Below, piece after piece: positions 57,167 through 64,000 of a DNA stretch of 64,000 nt. This DNA comes from Actinomycetes bacterium. Its GTDB lineage: Bacteria; Bacillota; Sulfobacillia; Sulfobacillales; JAIMBI01. The stretch is from assembly GCA_023565505.1 (NCBI GenBank), contig JAIMBI010000005.1:67784-131783 (forward strand). Reading direction: 5' to 3'. Below the pieces are notes generated by a model. It saw only the letters and a program-made list of their open reading frames with translations. It had not been told where the DNA came from and searched no databases. Every line of letters starts with the position of its first letter. Within the stretch, counting starts at the first letter, position 1. The position numbers were made by a program, and so were the translations under genes.

Positions 57167-57986
57167 GGCCGCCGACGGCCAGCGGCTGTGGTATCAGGTC
57201 GAGGGAGCCGACGACCGGCCCGCCGTGCTGCTGCTCCACGGCTTCGCCCAGACGGCGGCAACCTTCGACGCCTTGGCGGCGCGCCTGGCCGAGCGTTGGC
57301 GCACGGTCCGGGTGGATCTGTACGGGCACGGGCGGTCCAGCATCCCCGACGATCCCGCCCGGCTCGGCTGGGAACCGACCGGCCGGGACCTGGAGGCGCT
57401 CATGGGGTTCCTCGGAGCCGACCGGTTCGCGCTCCTGGGGTACTCCATGGGGGGGCGCCTGGCCCTCGACTTCGCGTGCCGCCGGCCCGGGCGGCTGTGG
57501 GCCCTGGTGCTGGAGAGCGCCTCCCCGGGTCTTGGCGACGCGGCCGAGCGGGCCCGGCGGCGGGCCGACGACGAGGCGTTGGCGGCGGCCATCGAGACCC
57601 GCGGGGTGGAGTGGTTCGCCGACTGGTGGGCCTCGCTGCCGTTGTTCGCCGGTCATGCCCGCCTGGATCCCGCGGTGCGGGCGGCCGTCCGCGCCATGCG
57701 GGCCGGCCAGAGCGCCCGCGGTCTGGCTCAAAGCCTCCGCGGGGCCGGTACCGGGGTGCAGGCGGACTGGTGGCCGCACCTGGCACGACTGGCGGTGCCG
57801 ACCCTGCTCGTGGTCGGCGCCGACGACGCCAAGTATGCGGCGATCAACCGGCGGATGGCGGCGGCGCTGCCCGCGGCCCGGCTGGTGACCGTGCCGGAGA
57901 GCGGGCACACGCCGCACCTCGAGCAGCCCGAGCGGTTCACCGCCGCGGTCGCGGCGCACCTCGCGGCCGCGGCCCCCTTCCTCTAG
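57153..57986 (+). CDS. menH: SHCHC synthase (alpha/beta hydrolase)
   Basis: Motifs: LLLHGFAQT, nucleophile GYSMGG, C-terminal SGHTPHLEQP. It is the last gene of the men operon. Confidence 0.78.
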   Translation: MPWFEAADGQRLWYQVEGADDRPAVLLLHGFAQTAATFDALAARLAERWRTVRVDLYGHGRSSIPDDPARLGWEPTGRDLEALMGFLGADRFALLGYSMGGRLALDFACRRPGRLWALVLESASPGLGDAAERARRRADDEALAAAIETRGVEWFADWWASLPLFAGHARLDPAVRAAVRAMRAGQSARGLAQSLRGAGTGVQADWWPHLARLAVPTLLVVGADDAKYAAINRRMAAALPAARLVTVPESGHTPHLEQPERFTAAVAAHLAAAAPFL

Positions 57987-58483
57987 AGGCCGGGCACGCG
58001 GCGGAGGCGGTCGGCCTCCCGGTAGCGGAGCGCGACCGGGTACGCCCCGGTGACCTTCAGCAGGTCGGCCGGGGTGAGCTCGAGCCACAGCGACGGTTCT
58101 CCCGCCGGAACCCAGAGGGTCTCGGCGGTCAAGAGCTCCTCGTCCAGGAACGCCGGCATGAGGAAGGCGAGGCCGCTCGGCGGCACCCCTTGGAGGTGCG
58201 TGGCCGCCAGCGCCGACACCTCCGTGGGCGTGGCCGGACGCACCGGCGCCCCGAACCAGGTGCCGATGCGGTCGAGATCAATGCGGACGGCGGGCGTGGT
58301 CAGGAAGAGCGCGGGGCGGTTGCCGCACCAGCAGATGATGGTGGCGACGATGCGGTCGAGCGGCGCCGGAATCAACTCCGCCGCCTCGTAGACGCTCCGG
58401 GTCAGATGGTGCAGGCGGCGCCGGTCCAACACCGTCACGCCCCGGGACCGGACCAGGTCCCAGAAAGGGATGGATAAGGCCAC
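57983..58483 (-). CDS. YbaK/EbsC-like aminoacyl-tRNA editing-domain protein
   Basis: GTG 58483 lies 7 nt after AAGGAGG. Pattern: RIDLDRIGTWFGAPVRPATPTEV...THLQGVPPSGL...FLDEEL...WVPAGEP...L.PADLLKVTGA. Confidence 0.62.
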   Translation of the reverse strand: MALSIPFWDLVRSRGVTVLDRRRLHHLTRSVYEAAELIPAPLDRIVATIICWCGNRPALFLTTPAVRIDLDRIGTWFGAPVRPATPTEVSALAATHLQGVPPSGLAFLMPAFLDEELLTAETLWVPAGEPSLWLELTPADLLKVTGAYPVALRYREADRLRRVPGL

Positions 58484-58609
58484 GACCACCCCTCCTTGTC
58501 CGCTTGAGGGCGGCATTCGTCGTCCCGGGTCGAAATCCCTGGCGGGCGGGCCCGGTTTGGGGGATCATAGTCCCGAAACGGGGACTCGACCGGAGCGAGG
58601 CGAGGCGAC

Positions 58610-59368
58610 GTGCACCTGTCCATCTTCCATCTCTATCCGGCGCGCATGAACCTCTACGGCGACCGCGGCAACGTGCTGGCACTGGTGCGCCGGGCCGAGT
58701 GGCGCGGCTGGACGGTGGAGGTCGTGCCGGTCGAGGCGGGCGAGCCCGCCGACTTCGCCCGCGCCGACCTCATCTTCATGGGCGGCGGGGAGGATCGTCA
58801 CCAGGCGGCAATCTTCGAGGACTTCCGCCGCCGCGGTCCCGAGATCCGCGCCGCGCTGGCGGACGGGGTGCCGGCGCTCGCCGTCTGCGGCGCCTACCAA
58901 CTCCTCGGGCACTACTACGAGACCGCCGCCGGCCAGCGGCTCGACGGGCTGGGGTGGTTCGACGCCTACACCCGGCCCGGGCCCGGCCGGGCCATCGGCA
59001 ACGTGGTCGTCGAGGCGACCCTGCCGCTCGAACCGCGGACCCTGGTGGGCTTCGAAAACCACGGGGGACGCACCTACCTCGAGCCGGGACAAGCCCCTCT
59101 CGGGCGGGTGGTGGCCGGCGCGGGGAACAACGGGGCCGACGGCACGGAGGGCGCGGTCAAACTCGCCACCGTGGGCACGTATCTGCACGGCTCCCTGTTG
59201 CCGAAAAACCCGCAGCTCGCCGACTGGCTCCTGGCGCGGGCGCAGGAGCGGCGCGAAGGGCGCGCGCAGCTCGAGCCGCTCGACGACACCCTGGAACTGT
59301 GGGCCCACGCGGGGGCCGTCGAGCGCACCCGACGTCTGACTCGCGTGAAAAACGGGGCGGGGCGATAA
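58610..59368 (+). CDS. gatD: Lipid II isoglutaminyl synthase, glutaminase subunit GatD (CobQ-type GATase)
   Basis: Collinear with staphylococcal GatD: HLYPARMNLYGDRGN, IFMGGGEDR, catalytic Cys in AVCGAYQLLG, GFENHGGRT, His in TYLHGSLLPKNP. Confidence 0.85.
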   Translation: MHLSIFHLYPARMNLYGDRGNVLALVRRAEWRGWTVEVVPVEAGEPADFARADLIFMGGGEDRHQAAIFEDFRRRGPEIRAALADGVPALAVCGAYQLLGHYYETAAGQRLDGLGWFDAYTRPGPGRAIGNVVVEATLPLEPRTLVGFENHGGRTYLEPGQAPLGRVVAGAGNNGADGTEGAVKLATVGTYLHGSLLPKNPQLADWLLARAQERREGRAQLEPLDDTLELWAHAGAVERTRRLTRVKNGAGR

Positions 59369-59410
59369 GAGTATAATGGGGACAGCGGTTCGGGAAAGGA
59401 GCGAGTCCCG

Positions 59411-59617
59411 ATGCTGGGGGATCTGGTATCGCCCGTCCACATCCTGCTGCTGTTGGTCGTGGCGCTGTTGGTGTTCGGCCCCCGGCGGCTGCCGGAGATC
59501 GGGTCGGGACTGGGGCGGGGCATCCGCGAGTTCCGCCGTGCGTTGAGCTCGATCACCAGCCCGGAAGAGGGCAAGGATCTGCCGATCAAGGTCGAGGAGC
59601 CGGAGAAAAAGCTCTAG
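59411..59617 (+). CDS. tatA: Twin-arginine translocase subunit TatA/E
   Basis: 68 aa. TM helix, then the hinge [25 protein letters not shown] follows GAAAGGAG. Confidence 0.88.
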   Translation: MLGDLVSPVHILLLLVVALLVFGPRRLPEIGSGLGRGIREFRRALSSITSPEEGKDLPIKVEEPEKKL

Positions 59618-59667
59618 ACGGACAACACGGCGGGCGCCCGGCCCGGGCCCGCGGGGGAGGTCTTCGC

Positions 59668-59814
59668 GTGTCCCTGTTGGCGTTGCTGGTGGCGCTCGCC
59701 GTGGGCGTGACGGTCTGGTGGGCCTGGCGCCGCCCGCGGCAGGTGTCGCAGGTGGCGCCTTTTTCCGTGCCGCGTTTGAAGGCCGGCCGCAACCTGCCCC
59801 GCGGACGGCGGTAG
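59668..59814 (+). CDS. Possible small membrane protein (48 aa)
   Basis: My own translation: VSLLALLVALAVGVTVWWAWRRPRQVSQVAPFSVPRLKAGRNLPRGRR. GTG lies 7 nt after GGGGGAGG. One TM helix plus a basic tail. It fills the tatA-cysK gap. Confidence 0.35.
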   Translation: MSLLALLVALAVGVTVWWAWRRPRQVSQVAPFSVPRLKAGRNLPRGRR

Positions 59815-59824
59815 GAGGGGACGG

Positions 59825-60772
59825 ATGGGCATCACGGCGCTCATTGGGGGCACGCCGTTGGTCCGGCTGGACAGCCTGTCGGACGAGACGGGGGCCGAGG
59901 TCTACGCGAAGCTGGAGCGGGCCAATCCGGGAGGGTCCGTCAAGGACCGGACGGCTTGGGCGCTTATCGAGGACGCCGAGGCACAGGGGCGGATCAAGCC
60001 GGGGGACCTCCTGGTGGAGGCCACCTCGGGGAACACGGGGATCGCTCTCGCCATGCTGGCGGCGGCCCGGGGCTACCGGTGCGTGCTGGTGATGCCGGAG
60101 GGCCAGAGCGTGGAGCGCAAGCAACTCTTCTACGCCTTCGGGGCCCAGGTGCTGGAAAGCCCGCGGGAGGAAGGGACGGCCGGGGCGGTGGCCCGGGCCA
60201 AGGCGATCGAGGAGGCGGTGCCCGGCGCCTACATGACGCGGCAGCACGAGAATCCGGCCAATCCCCGGGTGCACGAGCGGACCACCGGGCCGGAGATCTG
60301 GTATCAGACCCGGGGACAGGTGGACATGGTGGTGGCCGGCGTCGGCACCGGCGGAACCGTGACCGGGTGCGGCTGGTACCTCAAGGGGCGGAAGCCGGGC
60401 ATCACCATGGTGGCCGTGGAACCGGCGCGCAGCGCCGTGTTGTCGGGCGGGCCGCCGGGGCGCCACAACATCCAGGGCATCGGGCCGGGCTTCGTGCCCA
60501 AAGTGTTCGATCGATCCGTCGTCGACCGGATCGTGCCCGTCGACGACCAGGATGCGTGGGAGGCGACGGCGTACCTGGCGCGACGGGAGGGGCTCCTGGT
60601 CGGCCTGTCGTCGGGGGCCGCGTACCATGCCGCGCGCACGGTGCTGAAGGAGGAAGGGGGGCGCGGACGCACCGTGGTGGTCATCTTCCCCGACGGCGGG
60701 GACCGCTACCTGTCGGTGGGCGTCTTCCCCCCCACTCCGCCGTTTGACATGCCGTCGCCGCGCGGCATATGA
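59825..60772 (+). CDS. cysK: Cysteine synthase A (O-acetylserine sulfhydrylase)
   Basis: PLP lysine in NPGGSVKDR; TSGNTGIALA; GVGTGGTVTG. ATG follows GGAGGGGA. Confidence 0.92.
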   Translation: MGITALIGGTPLVRLDSLSDETGAEVYAKLERANPGGSVKDRTAWALIEDAEAQGRIKPGDLLVEATSGNTGIALAMLAAARGYRCVLVMPEGQSVERKQLFYAFGAQVLESPREEGTAGAVARAKAIEEAVPGAYMTRQHENPANPRVHERTTGPEIWYQTRGQVDMVVAGVGTGGTVTGCGWYLKGRKPGITMVAVEPARSAVLSGGPPGRHNIQGIGPGFVPKVFDRSVVDRIVPVDDQDAWEATAYLARREGLLVGLSSGAAYHAARTVLKEEGGRGRTVVVIFPDGGDRYLSVGVFPPTPPFDMPSPRGI

Positions 60773-60785
60773 TCCATGTCGCAGC

Positions 60786-60880
60786 GGGGGTAGGAGGAGG
60801 TCTGGTGCCTTCCACGGACTTCAAATCCGATGGCAGGCCGGTTGGTCTGCGGTGGGTTCGATTCCCACATACTCCCGCCA
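60786..60880 (+). tRNA. selC: tRNA-Sec (anticodon UCA)
   Basis: 95 nt. Acceptor GGGGGUA pairs with UACUCCC, followed by G-CCA. The anticodon loop CUUCAAA is identical to E. coli selC. The extra arm is long (GCAGGCC-gguu-GGUCUGC). T arm GUGGG-UUCGAUU-CCCAC. CCA is encoded. Confidence 0.85.
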
Positions 60881-60910
60881 GATGTTGGCGACATTCGACA
60901 CCGGGACGCT

Positions 60911-60945
60911 CCGAAGCGCGGACCCCACGCGGGTCCGCGCTTCGG
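60911..60945 (+). terminator. Perfect 15-bp hairpin 30 nt after tRNA-Sec (terminator/processing element)
   Basis: CCGAAGCGCGGACCC-cacgc-GGGTCCGCGCTTCGG. No U-tract follows. Confidence 0.45.
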
Positions 60946-61663
60946 CTACCCTGGTCCGGTCGAGCAAACCCCACGCTTTCGTGTGGCGGGCGGCGGGGCT
61001 GCGCAACCCCGGCGGACGACGCCCGCGAGGGACAGTTCGACGGGCTGGCGGGGTCGGTGAACGGGGCCTCGCATCCCGCCGGTCTGCCGGGCACGCGGGC
61101 GGGCTGACGTCCGGGGTCCGAGCGGCCGTGGCCCGCCGGCCGTGCCCCCTGCGCCCCGTGCCGCACCGGGCAACAGGGGAGCAGGCGGCGCCGGACGGCG
61201 GCAGCGGGCCGTGGGCCGGCAGTCGCCCGCGACGGTCGACGCTCCGCCCGACGGCGAGGCCGATCCCAGTGGCGCTCGACACGAGAGCCGCGTACACGAC
61301 GCCGACCGCGGCGACGAGCGGACCCTCGGCCCGCTGGCCGCTCCGAGACCCCGGGACGCGGGGGACAACGTGTCACGCCCACTTCGTTGCGACCCCCGAG
61401 CGCGTCCGCTTTCGTGGGAGTCATCTCGGTCTGTCCGCGGAGCCCGGACCGACCGTTGTCCCGGAGCAAGGCCCGGCTTCGCGTCCCCCGGTCCCGAACG
61501 CCGCGGTCGGCCCAGCCGCGACGTCCGGCTCCCTCTCGACACCGGCGTGGGGCGGGGCGGAGGCCGCGGAGCGTCCACTGCGATGCTCCGTCCCGCCCTG
61601 GGCGGCGGTCCGATCCTGCCTCACCGCGGCGGGAGCGGGCGGGCGTTCTCGGCCGGGTTCCGG

Positions 61664-62638
61664 TCAGTCGGAAACCAGGACGCTTCCCTCGGCGCCTTTG
61701 TCGACGTCACGGAAAGCATGCGTGACGAACTTGTAGGTGCCGGGCTGCCGGAACACGACGGTGATGAGCGCCCCGTCTCCGGGCGCGATGGTCCATGTCT
61801 GCAGGTCATGAAACACCGTGTCGGGGCTGCCGGACGGCTGAACCGTATCGAGAATGGCCCCGATAACGTGAAACGCCGACCAATCGTTGGGACCGGCGTT
61901 GACGACCGCAAAGCGCACGGGAACACCCACCTGCGCGTGGAGGGGCGCAGACATGTAACGGTTGGCCTCACCATTGAAGACGACGTAGGTCGGTGCGCCG
62001 TTTAACAGCGAGTTCATGGAATCGTAGAATTCGCTTTGGACCGGGACGTACTCCGGGCCTCCGGCCGTCGGCCCCGGCGGGTCGACCACGACGGCGCCGT
62101 ACATGCCTTTCTCCATGTGCAGGAGCCCGGGTTGGGTGGCGCAGTGATACATGAACACGCCCGGCACCGAGGCGACGAAGCGGATGGTTCGCGACTGGCC
62201 GGGCGGGACGTCGACGTAGTTCAGGTTGGGTGCCACCTGAGCGGCGTGCAGGTCGATGGAGTGGGGCATGTCGGGATCCAGGTTATGCAGGACGAGCGTC
62301 ACGTCGTCGCCCTGACGAAGGTGGATGACAGGCCCCGGTACGGTCCCGTCGAAGGTCCAGGCCGCGAAGCGCACACCGGGTGCCACGGTGACGATCCGCT
62401 GCTCGGTGTACAGGTTGATGGTGACCTGGTTGCCGTTTCTGACCAAGGTCATGGGCCGTAGGGGCTGGTTGAGGGGCTTCAAATTCATGTTCATCGGGCC
62501 ACTGGAGTCCATCACGGCCGGTGGAGCGGCGGCGGCCGGGTGGGCAGCCGTCGCCCCCGCCGTGCCGCAGGCGGAAAGGCCGGCCGCCAGAGCGCCCAGG
62601 AGGAGCCACCGGGCCGGCCGGGTAATCGTCCCCCGCAT
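61664..62638 (-). CDS. nirK: Copper-containing nitrite reductase (NirK-type two-domain cupredoxin) lipoprotein
   Basis: Lipobox LAAGLSAC. T1/T2 Cu ligands occur in NirK order: HSIDLH (H-x4-H with the catalytic D), YHCATQPGLLHMEKGM (H-C...H-x4-M), and FHVIG in domain 2. ATG 62638 follows AAGGGTGGTG; ATG 62665 is an alternative. Confidence 0.78.
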   Translation of the reverse strand: MRGTITRPARWLLLGALAAGLSACGTAGATAAHPAAAAPPAVMDSSGPMNMNLKPLNQPLRPMTLVRNGNQVTINLYTEQRIVTVAPGVRFAAWTFDGTVPGPVIHLRQGDDVTLVLHNLDPDMPHSIDLHAAQVAPNLNYVDVPPGQSRTIRFVASVPGVFMYHCATQPGLLHMEKGMYGAVVVDPPGPTAGGPEYVPVQSEFYDSMNSLLNGAPTYVVFNGEANRYMSAPLHAQVGVPVRFAVVNAGPNDWSAFHVIGAILDTVQPSGSPDTVFHDLQTWTIAPGDGALITVVFRQPGTYKFVTHAFRDVDKGAEGSVLVSD

Positions 62639-62883
62639 CGCTGACACCACCCTTTGAGTCAGCATCCCAGGGCAGTATGGCGGTCGGCACGGATGGGCAC
62701 GAACCGATGTCCGGGCCCACTTGCATCAGCCGCCCGTAAGCACCGGAATCGGTCCACGGTGGGGACTCTCCGCGTCGCATGGCTCAAAGCCGGGCGACGG
62801 TGACGGGGATCACAGACGGAACGGGGCTGACCGGGCGTGGACGTAGGGTGACCGTCGCCGCCGCCTCGCGCCAGATGACCGGG

Positions 62884-62911
62884 TCGCCATTGCATCAGTG
62901 AATGATATAAT
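62884..62911 (+). promoter_or_regulatory. Candidate extended -10 promoter of the MarR gene
   Basis: TCGCCA, 16 nt, then TGaTATAAT (TG 62903-04, TATAAT 62906-11). The predicted start site lies only a few nt before ATG 62923/62926, giving a near-leaderless mRNA. Confidence 0.4.
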
Positions 62912-62916
62912 AACTC

Positions 62917-63390
62917 GTGTATATGATGGCTGCCGAAGGGAGCCGCACGGCGATGGCGCAGGACGCGTTGGTCGAGACGGTGATCGACCTGATGCGGATC
63001 ATCCGGCGACTGACCCACCCGGTGCGTCGCGGCGAGATGACGCCCGAACAGTACGGGCTGCTCCGGCGGCTGGCCCGCGAGGGGCCGCTCCGGGTGGGTG
63101 ACGTCGCCGCCCAGCTGGGGATCAGTCAGAGTGCGGCGACGATGGCATGCCAGCGCCTGGAGCGGGCCGGGTGGGTCACCCGGGTCCGGCGCCCGGAGGA
63201 CGAACGCGTCGTCGAGGTGGCCCTCACCCCCGCCGGCCACGCGCGCGTCGGCGCGTGGCTCGCGGCACGGCGCGCGACGATCGGGCGGCTCCTGGACAGC
63301 CTCGACGCCCAGGAACAAGCGCAGCTGTATACCCTGCTGCGGCGGGTGGTGGAACGGGCGGAGGTGACCCTGCGTGACCCCGATGATTGA
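62917..63390 (+). CDS. MarR-family transcriptional regulator
   Basis: Winged HTH: LTPEQYGLLRRLAREGPLRVGDVAAQLGISQSAATMACQRLERAGWVTRVRRPEDERVVEVALTPAG. The start is probably ATG 62923 or 62926. Confidence 0.85.
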   Translation: MYMMAAEGSRTAMAQDALVETVIDLMRIIRRLTHPVRRGEMTPEQYGLLRRLAREGPLRVGDVAAQLGISQSAATMACQRLERAGWVTRVRRPEDERVVEVALTPAGHARVGAWLAARRATIGRLLDSLDAQEQAQLYTLLRRVVERAEVTLRDPDD

Positions 63391-64000
63391 GGTGGACCGA
63401 CTCGTGCGGCGCTTCGGGCCGCGCGTCGCCGTGGACGACGTGAGTTTCGCCGTCGCGCCGGGCGAGGTGTTCGGCCTGCTGGGCCCCAACGGGGCCGGCA
63501 AGACGACGACCCTGCGGGTGGTGCTGACGCTCCTCGCGCCCACCAGCGGGACCGTCCGCGTCGCCGGACTGGACGTGCGCCGTCACGGGGCGGCGGTGCG
63601 GCGCTGGTTGGGTTACGTGCCCCAACAGCTGTCCGTCGACGGGACGCTCACGGCCCGCGAAAATCTGCTCCTCGTCGCCAAGCTCCTGGGGTTGCCGGCG
63701 GCCGAACGGACCCGCCGGATAAGCCGCCTTCTGGAACAGCTCCACCTGGCCGAAGTGGCCGACCAGCTGGTCCGGACCTATTCGGGCGGGATGGTGCGGC
63801 GGCTCGAGATCGGCCAGGCGATGCTCCACCAACCGCGCGTGCTCGTCCTGGACGAGCCGACCGTGGGGCTGGACCCCACCGCCCGGCACCAGATCTGGCA
63901 CCTTCTCGAGCAACTTCGGGCGGAGACGGGGATGACCGTCCTCCTGACCACGCACTACATGGAGGAGGCCGAACAAGTCTGCCAACGCCTGGCCATCCTC
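63383..64000 (+). CDS. ABC transporter ATP-binding protein (ABC-2/DrrA-like); 3' end cut by window edge
   Basis: My own translation; there is no stop in the window. MIEVDRLVRRFG..., Walker A GPNGAGKTTT, Q-loop YVPQQ, signature YSGGMVRR, Walker B VLVLDEPTVGLD. ATG 63383 overlaps the end of marR. Confidence 0.85.
   Translation, partial: MIEVDRLVRRFGPRVAVDDVSFAVAPGEVFGLLGPNGAGKTTTLRVVLTLLAPTSGTVRVAGLDVRRHGAAVRRWLGYVPQQLSVDGTLTARENLLLVAKLLGLPAAERTRRISRLLEQLHLAEVADQLVRTYSGGMVRRLEIGQAMLHQPRVLVLDEPTVGLDPTARHQIWHLLEQLRAETGMTVLLTTHYMEEAEQVCQRLAIL

Noticed and set aside
60681-61736. Long ORFs on both strands (60744..61736 +, 60681..61469 -) spanning the selC region
   Set aside because: They read through the tRNA gene and encode Arg/Pro/Ala-rich low-complexity products, so I treat the region as non-coding.

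Overview
This is a 64-kb chromosomal segment of about 68-70% GC. The synteny is Firmicutes/Clostridia-like: cdaA-cdaR-glmM-glmS ribozyme-glmS, a YIEGIA-family protein, GatD, TatA and a menaquinone operon. The composition suggests a Thermaerobacter/Symbiobacterium/Limnochordia-like thermophile, but that is inference only. I support about 58 protein genes, one tRNA (tRNA-Sec, anticodon UCA), one ribozyme (glmS) and a few terminators and promoters. I saw no rRNA, CRISPR array, transposase or integrase. Most long ORFs in the six-frame track are high-GC shadow ORFs, antisense or out of frame to the real genes, with Arg/Gly/Pro/His-rich products. Many listed ORFs are also over-extended at the 5' end, so I re-set starts using in-frame ATG/GTG/TTG plus Shine-Dalgarno motifs. 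The main item is a translationally coupled three-gene operon on the minus strand (17104-26364). It encodes an SNF2 helicase with a C-terminal D-ExK (DUF3883-like) module, a DUF1156 zinc-ribbon DNA methyltransferase and a DUF499 P-loop ATPase. This is an R-M-like helicase/methylase/ATPase ('Hma'-type) defence module that has been predicted bioinformatically but, to my knowledge, has no established mechanism. It sits in a lower-GC accessory stretch that begins just downstream of glmS. Other observations worth a second look:
- The glmS ribozyme cleavage site lies inside the glmM reading frame.
- selC is followed by a perfect 15-bp hairpin and about 0.78 kb with no credible ORF.
- There is an unlisted 52-aa ORF with 10 cysteines.
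- An adenylate-forming ligase is translationally coupled to a membrane acyltransferase-3, downstream of a DD-carboxypeptidase.
- gatD appears without murT.
- A nirK/marR divergent pair shares a repeated 9-mer.
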